This document shows positions 45,301-54,916 of a stretch of 64,000 nt of DNA, piece after piece; position 1 is the stretch's first letter, and each line of letters starts with the position of its first letter. This DNA comes from Candidatus Omnitrophota bacterium. Its GTDB lineage: Bacteria > Omnitrophota > Gorgyraeia > 1-14-0-20-64-10. The position numbers and the translations under genes were made by a program. Below the pieces are notes generated by a model that was not told where the DNA came from, ran no database searches, and was given only the letters and a program-made list of their open reading frames with translations. Location of the stretch: positions 7,910 through 71,909 of the forward strand of contig JACOVG010000011.1 of the NCBI GenBank assembly GCA_016177405.1. Direction: 5' to 3'.

Positions 45301-45759
45301 TCACTCCAGGGCCGGAGAAGAGGCGTCGGCCCGGGCCCGGGTGGTGCTGACCCGAATGACGCCGGTCTCATCCACAAAGAAACTGCGCGATCCGGTCACC
45401 CCAAAAGCCGTCGGCTGAACAAAGAGGAAGAACCGGTCCCTGGAAACCACGTTGTACTGGAACCGGTATCCCTGCTTCACCCCTCCGGCCAGGACCGGAT
45501 CGATGTAGGGCGGATCGGAAAGGGCCGGGCCCAGTTGCGCCAGCCCGCGGGGAAAACCCGGAGGGGTCTGGTTGGTCCGGTAAGCCTCCAGGGCCGTCGA
45601 GAGGGTCCGAAGGGACTGGAGGGCGGCCGACTCGTTGGCGTTGTGCCGGGAGCGAAGGATGTTGGGGATCGCGATGGCCGACAGCAGGGCGATGATGGTC
45701 ACCACGATCATCACTTCCACCAGCGTGAAGCCCCTTGTCCTCATGGCGCGCCTCCTCAT
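45301..45759 (-). CDS. Type IV pilin paralog
   Basis: RG/FTLVEVMIVV; ANESAA; PPYIDPVLA; TGSRSFFVDETGVIR. Confidence 0.87.
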   Translation of the reverse strand: MRRRAMRTRGFTLVEVMIVVTIIALLSAIAIPNILRSRHNANESAALQSLRTLSTALEAYRTNQTPPGFPRGLAQLGPALSDPPYIDPVLAGGVKQGYRFQYNVVSRDRFFLFVQPTAFGVTGSRSFFVDETGVIRVSTTRARADASSPALE

Positions 45760-45784
45760 CAGGAAGTCTACCTGACGCGGCGCC

Positions 45785-46981
45785 TCATCGGGCCAGCGTC
45801 TGCGTTAACTTGAAGATGGGCAGGAAGATCGAGAGAACGATCGAGCCCACCACGACCCCCAGGACCGCGATGATGATCGGCTCCAGGGCGCTCGTTAAAC
45901 CGCTCACCGCGGCGTCGACCTGATCGTCATAGAAATCGGCCACCTTGACCAGCATCTCATCCAGCCTCCCGGTCTGCTCCCCCACGCCGATCATCCGGAC
46001 CACCATGGGAGGGAAGACGCCCGAGGCCGCCAGGGGGCCGGCGATGTTCTCCCCTTCCCGGATCGAGTTCCGGACCTCCAGGATCGCCTTGGCGACGACG
46101 CTGTTGCCGGCGGACTCCGCCACAATGTCCAGGGCCCCGAGGATCTGGACGCCGGATTTCACGAGGGTCGCCAGGGTCCTGGCGAATTTGGCAATCGCCA
46201 CCTTCCGGACAATGTTGCCAACAATCATCAGCTTGAGCATCGTCCCGTCGAACCAGAGCCTGCCGCGGGGGGTCTCCAGGGCGCGCCGGGCCCAGAAGAA
46301 GGCCCCCGTGCCAAAGACCAGGCCCGGAAAGAATCCCTTTTGGGCGAAGCCGCTGACCGCGATCAGGATCTTGGTGGGCAGGGGAAGGTCGGCCCCCAGC
46401 TGAACAAAGATCTCCTTGAAGGCCGGGATCACCTTGAGGATCAAGACCGCCGTGATGATCATCGCCATGCTGATGACGATGGCCGGATACACGCAGGCCG
46501 ATTTGACCTTGCGCTGCAGGGCGGCGCTCTTTTCCAGGTACGTGGCCAAGCGGTCCAAGACCTCCGCCAGGTGGCCGCTCGCCTCGCCGGCCTTGACCAT
46601 GCTGACAAACAGGGGCGAGAAGATGGTCTTCTGCTTGGCGATGGCCGCCGTGAAGTTGGTTCCCCCCTCGACCGCCTCCTTGACCCTCGCCACCACCTCG
46701 CGAAGCCTTTTGTTCTCCAGCTGATCGGCCACCGCCTCCAGGCCCCCCACCAGCGGGATCCCCGCGTCCACCAGGGTCGCCATCTGGCGGGAGAAGATCG
46801 CCAGGTCTTCCATCCCCACCCTTCCACCCTTGGCCCCGCTCCCCCTCTGGGATTTCACCGAGATGACGATCAGCCCCTTGCGGTGGAGGGCCTCCAGCAC
46901 CACCTGCTGGGTGGCCACCTCCAGGGTGCCGGTCACGGTCCTTCCATCCTGCATCTTGGCCACATAAGAGAAGCTCGGCAT
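45785..46981 (-). CDS. pilC: Type IV pilus platform protein PilC (GspF family)
   Basis: FSRQMATLVDAGIPL, AGEASGHL, GEQTGRLDEML, LEPIII. Confidence 0.92.
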   Translation of the reverse strand: MPSFSYVAKMQDGRTVTGTLEVATQQVVLEALHRKGLIVISVKSQRGSGAKGGRVGMEDLAIFSRQMATLVDAGIPLVGGLEAVADQLENKRLREVVARVKEAVEGGTNFTAAIAKQKTIFSPLFVSMVKAGEASGHLAEVLDRLATYLEKSAALQRKVKSACVYPAIVISMAMIITAVLILKVIPAFKEIFVQLGADLPLPTKILIAVSGFAQKGFFPGLVFGTGAFFWARRALETPRGRLWFDGTMLKLMIVGNIVRKVAIAKFARTLATLVKSGVQILGALDIVAESAGNSVVAKAILEVRNSIREGENIAGPLAASGVFPPMVVRMIGVGEQTGRLDEMLVKVADFYDDQVDAAVSGLTSALEPIIIAVLGVVVGSIVLSIFLPIFKLTQTLAR

Positions 46982-46983
46982 GG

Positions 46984-48687
46984 CTATTCCTCGCTGGTCA
47001 CCCGGACGATCTCGTCCAAAGAGGTGCGGCCGGCCAAAAGGTGCTCTATCCCCTCCTGCCGCAGACTCTTCATGCCGTGGCCGGCGGCATAGGTTCTGAT
47101 CTCATCCGGCGGCCTCTTGGCGATGATCATCTCGCGGATCTTGTCCTCCACCAGCATCGCCTCCAGGATCGCGAAGCGGCCCCGATAGCCGGTCTTCCGG
47201 CAGTAGGGACAGCCCTTCCCGGTGAAGATCTGCGCCCCCTTGGGAAGGATGAGCCCCCATTCTTTCAAGCGCGCGGGGTCCGGAGTCTCCGGGACCTTGC
47301 AGCGGGGGCAAAGCTGCCGGCAGAGGCGCTGGGCCGCCACAAAGATGAGGCTCGAGGCCAGCAGGAAGGGGTCCACCCCCATGTCCACCAGCCGCGTGAT
47401 GGAGCTGGGGGCGTCGTTGGTGTGCAGGGTGGACAGAACGATCTGCCCGGTGAGCGACGCCTTGATCGCGATGTCGGCCGTTTCCCCGTCGCGGATCTCC
47501 CCCACCAGCACCACATCGGGCGCCTGGCGCAGGAAGGCCCTCAAGGCCGAGGCGAAGGTGAGCTGGATCTCCGGATTCACCTGAACCTGGGTGATCCCCT
47601 CCACCTGATACTCCACGGGGTCTTCCACCGTCAGGATGTTCCGGCCGGGGTCGTTGAGCTGATTGAGGACCGAATAGAGGGTGGTGGACTTGCCGCTTCC
47701 GGTGGGCCCGGTCACAAGGATCAATCCGTAGGGCCTGCCGGTGGCCTTCTTGAAGGCCGCCAGCGAGCTGGGCAGGAAGCCCAGCTGATCCAGACTCACC
47801 GAAAGGTTGCTCTTATCCAGCGCCCGCATCACCATCTTGTTGCCGAAGGAGATCGGCAGGGCCGACACGCGGAAATCGACCTCCTTGCCCTCCATCCGAA
47901 CCTTGAAGCGGCCGTCCTGGGGAAGGCGGTTCTCGGTGATGTCCAGCCCCGACATGATCTTGAGCCTCGTGACAAAGGCATTCTGATGCCGCTTGGCCAG
48001 CTGAAAGGCTTCCACCAAGGCTCCGTCGATCCGATAGCGAACCCGGACGGCATCCTCGTAAGGCTCGACATGGATGTCGCTGGCGCGCCCCTTCAAGGCA
48101 TCCGAGATCATCAGGTCCACCACCTTGACGATGGACGTCCTTTTAAGCGACATCCCGAAGGCGGTCAGGTCCACCACCTCCTCTTCCTTGGAGGCCTGCT
48201 CGGCGGCCGCTTCGGGAACGGACTCCAGAAAGGCCTCGATCTGCTCCACCGGACGCTGGTAGAGGCGGACGATCGCCTGGTCGATGTCGGCGCCGGAGGC
48301 GATCACCGGAGAAATCTCGTAGGCCGTCAGCATGGTCAGGTCGTCCAGGGCCAGAACATTCAGGGGATCCTCCATCGCCACCGACAGGCGCTTGCCGAGC
48401 CGGGAAACCGGGACCAGCCGGTATTGCCGGGCGATCCGTTCGGGAACCACCTCGGCCAAACCGGCGTCGATCGTGTAGCGGGAAAGATTGATCGGGGGCA
48501 GCCCCAGCCCCCGGGAAAGGGTGGCCAGCAGCTCCTGCTGGGTGACCACCTTCTCCTCCACCAGGACGGCGCCGAAGCTCTTGCCCCGGCTCCTGGCCAG
48601 CTCCAGCAGGCCGGCGATCTTGGAGCGGTCGATTCCCTTCTCCGCCGCCAGCAGGTCCACCACCTTTTGTCTCAACGATTCGGCCAT
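46984..48687 (-). CDS. pilB: Pilus assembly ATPase PilB/GspE, copy 1
   Basis: ASDIHVEP, RLPQDGR, GPTGSGKSTT, EDPVE, GEIRD, STLHTN, two CxxC; start MAESL. Confidence 0.9.
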   Translation of the reverse strand: MAESLRQKVVDLLAAEKGIDRSKIAGLLELARSRGKSFGAVLVEEKVVTQQELLATLSRGLGLPPINLSRYTIDAGLAEVVPERIARQYRLVPVSRLGKRLSVAMEDPLNVLALDDLTMLTAYEISPVIASGADIDQAIVRLYQRPVEQIEAFLESVPEAAAEQASKEEEVVDLTAFGMSLKRTSIVKVVDLMISDALKGRASDIHVEPYEDAVRVRYRIDGALVEAFQLAKRHQNAFVTRLKIMSGLDITENRLPQDGRFKVRMEGKEVDFRVSALPISFGNKMVMRALDKSNLSVSLDQLGFLPSSLAAFKKATGRPYGLILVTGPTGSGKSTTLYSVLNQLNDPGRNILTVEDPVEYQVEGITQVQVNPEIQLTFASALRAFLRQAPDVVLVGEIRDGETADIAIKASLTGQIVLSTLHTNDAPSSITRLVDMGVDPFLLASSLIFVAAQRLCRQLCPRCKVPETPDPARLKEWGLILPKGAQIFTGKGCPYCRKTGYRGRFAILEAMLVEDKIREMIIAKRPPDEIRTYAAGHGMKSLRQEGIEHLLAGRTSLDEIVRVTSEE

Positions 48688-48692
48688 CGATC

Positions 48693-50444
48693 TTACTCCT
48701 GATAGCCCACCGTGGTTCTCGCCACCTCTTCGAGCGGAATGAGCCCCAGGGCCGCCTTGGCGACGGCGTGGTCCCTCAAGGATGGAAAGCCGGCCGCCCG
48801 GGCCATCTCCCGAAGCTCCATGGAGGAGGCCCCCGCCGCCACCTTCCGCCTCAACTCCGCGGTCAGAGGAACCGCTTCCAGGAGTCCTACCCGGCCCGCC
48901 AGGCCGGTCCCCCGGCAATCGTTGCAGCCCTTGCCGCTCGCGTAACGGCCCTCCGGCGGCAAACCATAGAGCTCGATCAACTCCTTGGGGGGCTGGTAGG
49001 GTTTCTTGCAGCGCGGGCAGATCCGCCGGGGGAGCCGCTGGGCCCCGACCAGCAGGACGCAGGAAGCGATGAGGTACGGCTCGATCCCCATGTTCACGAG
49101 CCGCGCCACCGCCCCGATGGCGTCGTTGGTGTGCAGGGTGGACAAGACGAGGTGTCCGGTCAAGGCGGCCTTGACGGCGATGTCGGCCGTCTCCCCGTCG
49201 CGGATCTCCCCCACCATGATGACGTTGGGATCCTGCCTCAAGATGGAACGCAAGGCCGCCGCGAAGGTGAGGCCGATGTCGGGTCGGATGGCGACCTGGT
49301 TGACGCCGGCCAAATCGAACTCCACCGGATCCTCCACGGTCACGAGGTTTCTCTCTGGGCGGTCCACCACCTTGAGCAGGGAGTACATGGTGGTGGTCTT
49401 GCCCGAGCCCGTGGGCCCCGTGATGAGCACCATCCCGTGGGGGTGAGCCACCGCCTTCTTCAAACCCGAGAGGGGCTCCGGCTCGAAGCCCAGGCGGTCG
49501 ATCTCCAGCACCACCTGGCTCTTGTCCAGGATTCTCATGCAGGCCTTCTCCCCGTAATAGGAAGGGATCACCGACACGCGGAAATCCACCTCATGGCCGG
49601 CCGCCGAAAATTTGATCCGGCCGTCCTGGGGCAGCCGGTGCTCGGCGATGTTGAGGTTGGACATGACCTTGATCCTGGAGACGATCCCGGTGTGCATGGC
49701 CGCCGGCAAGGGCTCTCCCTCTCGGAAGACCCCGTCCACGCGGAACCGGACCCGAAGCTTTTTCTCAAAGGGCTCCACCAGGATGTCGCTCGCCTTGAGG
49801 TTCACCCCCTGGGTCAGGATGGCGTTGGTCACCTTCACCACCGGGACCTCCTCGGTCAGCCGGACCAGATCCTCCACCTTCTGCTGGATCTGGCCGCGCC
49901 CTTCCGACAAGATTTCGATCCGGGCCCCGCCCTGCGCTTGGCCCCTCAATTCCTCCAGGGTGTCGGTGATCGCCCCGCCATAGAGGCGCCGCAGGGCCTC
50001 CTGAATCTCCTCCGCCGTGGTGATGAAGGGGCTTAAGGTGAGGCCCGTGGTCTGGGAAAGATGATCCAGCGCCAAAACATTCAAGGGATCGGCCATCGCC
50101 ACGGTGAGCTGGTTGGCCAGCCGGGAGACCGGAACGATCTGATAATGAAAGGCGAGCTTGCGGGAAATCAGCTTGGCCATCTGCGGATCCAGCTCCATCT
50201 TGGAAAGGCTGATGGAGGGAATGGAGAGGACTTGGCTCAAGGCGGAGGCCAGGGCCCGGGATTCGACCAGCCCCAAACGGGAGAGGACCTGCCCCAGCGA
50301 CCCGCCCTCCTTCTGCTGGATCTCCAGGGCCTTGTCCAGATCTTCCCGCTTCATGAGCTTCTGGGCGATGAGGGCCTCGATGACCCTGTCCTTCACTCCC
50401 TTGGGCTTGTTGGCCGCGGTCCTGTCGGGACTCTTATCCGCCAT
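48693..50444 (-). CDS. pilB: Pilus assembly ATPase PilB/GspE, copy 2
   Basis: RLPQDGR, GPTGSGKTTT, LRQDPNVIMVGEIRD, CPRC/CNDC; start MADKS. Confidence 0.9.
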   Translation of the reverse strand: MADKSPDRTAANKPKGVKDRVIEALIAQKLMKREDLDKALEIQQKEGGSLGQVLSRLGLVESRALASALSQVLSIPSISLSKMELDPQMAKLISRKLAFHYQIVPVSRLANQLTVAMADPLNVLALDHLSQTTGLTLSPFITTAEEIQEALRRLYGGAITDTLEELRGQAQGGARIEILSEGRGQIQQKVEDLVRLTEEVPVVKVTNAILTQGVNLKASDILVEPFEKKLRVRFRVDGVFREGEPLPAAMHTGIVSRIKVMSNLNIAEHRLPQDGRIKFSAAGHEVDFRVSVIPSYYGEKACMRILDKSQVVLEIDRLGFEPEPLSGLKKAVAHPHGMVLITGPTGSGKTTTMYSLLKVVDRPERNLVTVEDPVEFDLAGVNQVAIRPDIGLTFAAALRSILRQDPNVIMVGEIRDGETADIAVKAALTGHLVLSTLHTNDAIGAVARLVNMGIEPYLIASCVLLVGAQRLPRRICPRCKKPYQPPKELIELYGLPPEGRYASGKGCNDCRGTGLAGRVGLLEAVPLTAELRRKVAAGASSMELREMARAAGFPSLRDHAVAKAALGLIPLEEVARTTVGYQE

Positions 50445-50892
50445 CGGACGCTCCATAGTGGCGCTGGATGGCCTCGGCCACATCGCTTAGGGTGGAAACA
50501 AAGACCTGCACCGAGCAGCGGCTCAACATCTCGATGTCCTCCACCGCGTGGGAGTTCAAGGGGTCGGCCATGGCCACCGTCAAGGTGTCGCCGATCCGGT
50601 CCACCGGCACCAGGCAGTACTGGCGGGCCACGTTCTCGGGGATCAGGCGCACCAGCTCCGTCTCAATCGAGTAGTGCTTCAGGGGAAGAAACGGAAAGCC
50701 GTACTGGCTGGTCAGGGCCTGGGCCACCGCCTCCTCCGAGGCGAAGCCCAGCGTCACCAGGATCTGGCCCAGCAGCCCTCCCTTGTCCTGCTGGACCTGG
50801 AGCGCCTGGGTGAGCTGTTCGGGCGTGATCACCTTGCGCTCCACCAGGAGCTCTCCCAGCTGCTTGGCAATCACCCGGCGTGGCGGCGTCAT
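50434..50892 (-). CDS. Stand-alone MshEN / GspE-N domain protein (putative c-di-GMP receptor)
   Basis: KQLGELLVERKVITPEQLTQALQVQ...LLGQILVTLG, then IPENVARQYCLVP, LTVAMADP; no ATPase domain. Confidence 0.8.
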   Translation of the reverse strand: MTPPRRVIAKQLGELLVERKVITPEQLTQALQVQQDKGGLLGQILVTLGFASEEAVAQALTSQYGFPFLPLKHYSIETELVRLIPENVARQYCLVPVDRIGDTLTVAMADPLNSHAVEDIEMLSRCSVQVFVSTLSDVAEAIQRHYGASDGG

Positions 50893-50910
50893 CTAAAGCT
50901 CCCTGAACCC

Positions 50911-51987
50911 CTAGCGTTGAATCAACCGAAGAAGCTCTTCCGTATCCGTGGTTCTGGCCAGAGCCTCCTCATAGGCGATCTGTTTGTTCAGATACAGCTC
51001 CGCCAGCGACTGGTTCATGGTCCGCATCCCATCCCGCTGGCTCGTCTGAATCACCGAGTAAAGCTGATGCCCCTTCCCCTCCCGGACCAAGGCCCGGACG
51101 GCCGGCGTGGCCACGAGAAGCTCCAGGGCCAGGATCCGCCCCGTATTGGCGGCCTTGGGAATCAGCTGCTGTGAGAGGACCGCCAGCAGGACGAAGGAAA
51201 GCTGAATCCTCACCTGCTGCTGCTGGTGAGAGGGAAAGACGTCCACCACCCGGTTCACCGTCTGGACGGCGTCGGAGGTGTGCAGGGTGGCCAGCACCAG
51301 GTGGCCCGTCTCCGCGATGTTGAGGGCCGCTTCGATCGTCTCCAGGTCCCGCATCTCCCCGATCAGGATCACGTTCGGATCCTGCCGGAGGATGTGCTTC
51401 AGCGCCGCCTTGAAGGTGAGGGAATCGGCCCCAATCTCCCGCTGATCCACGATGGCCTGCTGGTTCTGGTAGACGTACTCGATGGGGTCCTCGATCGTCA
51501 CCACGTGGCACTTGCGATTCAGATTGATCCACTGCACCATGGAGGCCAGGGTAGTGGACTTGCCGCTTCCGGTGGCCCCGGTGATCAGGATCAAACCCTT
51601 CTGTTTCCGGCAGAGCTCTTCCATGAGCTTGACCGGCAGCCCGCAGTCCTCGAAGGTCCGCAGCTCGAAAGGCAGCGCCCGGATCGCCGCTCCGATGGAT
51701 CCCCTCTGAAGAAAGACGTTCACCCTGAACCGGGCCACCCCCTCGACCCCGAACGACATGTCCAGCTCCTTCTCCTTCTCGAAGGCCGCTATCTGCTCCG
51801 GATTGAGCAGGCTGTAGATCAGCTCCCGGGCCGCCTCGGCCCTCAAGGGGGGCTGTTCGGTGGGAAGGAGATCCTCATCGATCCGCAGCACGGGCGGGGA
51901 GCCCACCGTCAGGTGCAGGTCGGAAGCCCGCTTGGCCACCATCAACTTCAAGAGATCCTGAATCAAGCCGTTGTCTTTGTTGGACAT
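50911..51987 (-). CDS. pilT: Pilus retraction ATPase PilT
   Basis: ASDLHLTVG, RFRVNVF, GATGSGKSTT, LRQDPNVILIGEMRD, AETGHLV, AVRALVRE. Confidence 0.93.
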   Translation of the reverse strand: MSNKDNGLIQDLLKLMVAKRASDLHLTVGSPPVLRIDEDLLPTEQPPLRAEAARELIYSLLNPEQIAAFEKEKELDMSFGVEGVARFRVNVFLQRGSIGAAIRALPFELRTFEDCGLPVKLMEELCRKQKGLILITGATGSGKSTTLASMVQWINLNRKCHVVTIEDPIEYVYQNQQAIVDQREIGADSLTFKAALKHILRQDPNVILIGEMRDLETIEAALNIAETGHLVLATLHTSDAVQTVNRVVDVFPSHQQQQVRIQLSFVLLAVLSQQLIPKAANTGRILALELLVATPAVRALVREGKGHQLYSVIQTSQRDGMRTMNQSLAELYLNKQIAYEEALARTTDTEELLRLIQR

Positions 51988-51997
51988 GGCATCCTCC

Positions 51998-53470
51998 CTA
52001 AGCCACCACCCGGTTCTTGCCCTGCAGCTTCGCCGCCTTCATAGAGGAAAGGGCCTTGGCGAAAAGCTCCTCGCCGGTGGCCCCATCGATGGGGTTTTCG
52101 CTCACTCCCCCCGAGACCGTGATGGAACAGGGCAAGGGCTTCGGGCCGTTCTTGAAGGCGGTCTCGCCGATCTGGCGGCGGATCGCCTCGGCCAGCTCAA
52201 TCGCCTCCCGCTTGTTCCGCTCGGGCAGCACCAGGGCGAACTCATCCGCCGAGGTCCTGCCGATCCGGTCCACCTCGCTCGCCTTCGCCTTCAGGATCTC
52301 CGAAACCTGACGCAGCGTCCCCTCGGCCGCCAATCCCCCGTAGAGATCGGTGAACTGCCGGAAATTGTCCAGGTTGATCACCACCAGCGAGCAGGGCCGG
52401 TGGTAGCGGATCGCCCGGCGGACCTCCTCATCCAGGCGGCTACTCATGTACGAGGCGTTGTACAAACCGGTCAGCTCGTCGATCACCTTCAGCTCCTCGG
52501 CCCGCTTGGCCAGCAGATCGTTCTCGATGGCGATCGCCATCTGCTTGGCGAAGACCTTGTAGAGATCGATCGCGTCCTCGGTGTAGGTGAAGTCGGGTTT
52601 CCGGTTGGCGCAGATCAGGATCCCTATCCCCTGCCCGATCGACACGAGCGGCTGGCAAACGGCGTTCGACATCCCAAAAAGCTCCTGAAGGAGCTCCCCG
52701 GAATGGCCCTTCGCCGCCTCGCCGTCTATGACGAGAACCTGGTTCTCTTTTAACATCTTGGCCAGCCACGGAGCCGTGAGCCTCGTCTTCAGAAGGGTCT
52801 GGACCTGTTCGGGATAAACCCCCATCGCCGAACGGATCACGAAGGTGTTGGCCTCCGGGGCGGGCTCGAGCAGGCAGTTGAGCTCCGCCTCCTCCAGCTG
52901 GGAGAGCTTCTCCAGGATGAAGCGGATCACCTCCTCCACCTTGGCCGACTGGGTGATGAGATTGCTCACCTGAAGCAGGTGAGAGAAGGTCAGGATTCTC
53001 CGGTTGATCTCGAGGTTAAGGTGTTTGGTCTGCTCCCCGTAGACCCTCAATTGGGACATGTTCTCCCGGACCTTGGAGGTGATCTGGTTGAGCGCCAGGC
53101 CCAGGGTGCCTATCTCGTCCGGAGCCCTCACCTCCACCTGCCGCTCCAAGTGCCCCTCGGCGATCGCCTGGGCCTCGGAGGCCAGCTTCACCACGGGCAA
53201 AACCAGATTCCGGGCCACGAGGAATCCCAAGAAGGCGATCGTGATGGCCAGAACCACGATGATCGACAGGTCCCACACCGATTCGAGGTTAGGAAAGACA
53301 TAGTTCGTCAAGATGTATCCCAAGACCAGCAGGGGCACGACGGACATCAGGGAAAAGGCCACAATCAGCTTCTCCCGCATCCCCTTGGGCAGCAACGACC
53401 GCGGGGAGGCGGAAGCGATGGGCGCCAAACGGCTGGTCAGCTCCGCCTTTGGTACTGTTCTCTCATCCAT
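51998..53470 (-). CDS. Membrane HAMP-GAF-GGDEF protein with degenerate active site (SADEF)
   Basis: Two TM helices, HAMP (DEIGTLG), GAF, DELTGLYN, LDNFRQF, RTSADEF. Confidence 0.85.
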   Translation of the reverse strand: MDERTVPKAELTSRLAPIASASPRSLLPKGMREKLIVAFSLMSVVPLLVLGYILTNYVFPNLESVWDLSIIVVLAITIAFLGFLVARNLVLPVVKLASEAQAIAEGHLERQVEVRAPDEIGTLGLALNQITSKVRENMSQLRVYGEQTKHLNLEINRRILTFSHLLQVSNLITQSAKVEEVIRFILEKLSQLEEAELNCLLEPAPEANTFVIRSAMGVYPEQVQTLLKTRLTAPWLAKMLKENQVLVIDGEAAKGHSGELLQELFGMSNAVCQPLVSIGQGIGILICANRKPDFTYTEDAIDLYKVFAKQMAIAIENDLLAKRAEELKVIDELTGLYNASYMSSRLDEEVRRAIRYHRPCSLVVINLDNFRQFTDLYGGLAAEGTLRQVSEILKAKASEVDRIGRTSADEFALVLPERNKREAIELAEAIRRQIGETAFKNGPKPLPCSITVSGGVSENPIDGATGEELFAKALSSMKAAKLQGKNRVVA

Positions 53471-53643
53471 CGGTCTATCTCCTCTTTTTGGAATCTCCAC
53501 TGCCGGCCGATCCGGGTCGCGGGCATGGAGCGCTCCTTGGCCAGGCGGTAAACGGTGAAGCGGCTCACCTGCATGTAGGCCGCCACCTCCTCAATCGTCA
53601 TCAACCGATTCATCTCGTTCATCATTTGTCCCACCACTGCCAA
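53437..53643 (-). CDS. Small HTH_17 (excisionase-like) DNA-binding protein
   Basis: LMTIEEVAAYMQVSRFTVYRLA...PATRIGRQWRF; exact start uncertain. Confidence 0.85.
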   Translation of the reverse strand: MAVVGQMMNEMNRLMTIEEVAAYMQVSRFTVYRLAKERSMPATRIGRQWRFQKEEIDRWMREQYQRRS

Positions 53644-53712
53644 GTATGGCTAACTCCTGCTCATTAAATCAATAGCTTGGCGAATTCTGCTCATTGTGCC
53701 TTTGCACAAATT

Positions 53713-54203
53713 ACCCCCGCCCCGCCCCCCCTCCCCCGGTGGGTGGCCACGCGTCGCTGGGCTGCCCAGGACTCCCGGAACCCCCGTTCGGGGTGTCCCT
53801 GCGCGCATCGCTCGAGCGCCCCAGCGTGGCGCTCTCACTCTACCCTCGGCTGCCCTCTCCCAGGAGGGTAGCTCGCTGGGAACCATGCCCGGGCAGCCTC
53901 GGGAGGTGCGCTTCGGGACATCCCCTCGCGTGGGTTCCTCTCTCACCGGCCCTCCCGTTGGCATCTTACGAGGAGACGGATCGGAGTGCGGGGTGAGACT
54001 GCGGCCACGGGTGACGCCGGAGGGAGGACCCGCCGCCGCGCCCGCAGGCCGAAGGCCGCGGACGGACGGCGGGAGTACCCGCAGGCGGCAGGACCCGTGG
54101 CCGCTTGAGACGCAGGGACACCCCGAACGGGGGTTCCGATACTCCAGGGCAGCCCGACCGTGGACGGAGGAGGAGGGGTGGGCGTCTGATGCCGGGGCGG
54201 GGT
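53713..54203. repeat. ~490-bp element with long terminal inverted repeats and nested hairpins (MITE-like or structured RNA)
   Basis: Perfect 28-bp inverted repeat 53776-53803 / 54111-54138; outer stems gggctgccc/gggcagccc and ccccgccccg/cggggcgggg; inner stem gcggccacgggt/acccgtggccgc. Confidence 0.7.
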
Positions 54204-54916
54204 CATCGGGGATTGCGGAGGCGGCGGGTCCAGTCGTAAAAGCCGCTCAACCGCAGATGGAACCCCAGGCGGGAGCGTTCCCAGGAGTGGGCTGTGATCC
54301 TGCGCAGGGCGAAGAGGTCCACGGGCCGGCGCCGGTAACCCCGGTTGGTGGTGCAGGCGGCCCGGTAACCCGCCTCTCGGGCCAGCTGGGCGATTCTAAG
54401 GCAATACCCCCCGCCGGGATAGCTCAAGAATTCAACCGGCTTGCCCAGAAGGGATTCCAGCTTGGCCTTGGACACCGTCAGCTCCTGCTGGACAGACTCA
54501 AGCGTTTTCTCAGGCAGGTAGGCGTGTCCGCTGGTATGGCTCCCGAAGGAGATTCCTCCGCGCTCCATCTCCAGGATTTGATCGGCGTTAAGAAACCCGG
54601 GTTTTCCGATGTTGTCCGTGATCACAAAGATGAGGGCCGGCAATCCCAAGCGTTTCAAGACCGGGAAGGCGTACCGGTGGTTGTCCTCGGTGCCGTCGTC
54701 AAAGGTGATCACCACCGACCGCCCGGACAGGCGCCTCTTTCCCTCCAGCCCGGAAGCCAGATCGGCCATGGAGATCACCTTCCATCCCTTGGCCAGCCAT
54801 TCCATCTGACGCTCGAAGGCCTGGGGGGTGAGGGTGGGCGTGTCGGTTCTCCTGACCGGATCCAGGCGGTGATAGGTGAGGATGGGCGGATACCGATAAG
54901 GCAGTGTCCAGGTCAT
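54203..54916 (-). CDS. Polysaccharide deacetylase (NodB/CE4)
   Basis: PILTYH, ITFDDG, FGSHTSGH, LSYPGG. Confidence 0.9.
   Translation of the reverse strand: MTWTLPYRYPPILTYHRLDPVRRTDTPTLTPQAFERQMEWLAKGWKVISMADLASGLEGKRRLSGRSVVITFDDGTEDNHRYAFPVLKRLGLPALIFVITDNIGKPGFLNADQILEMERGGISFGSHTSGHAYLPEKTLESVQQELTVSKAKLESLLGKPVEFLSYPGGGYCLRIAQLAREAGYRAACTTNRGYRRRPVDLFALRRITAHSWERSRLGFHLRLSGFYDWTRRLRNPR

Noticed and set aside
33306-51987. Type II secretion system rather than type IV pilus
   Set aside because: PilT and a PilM/N/O set with the INLLP motif indicate a retractile type IVa-like pilus, although a secretory role is not excluded.
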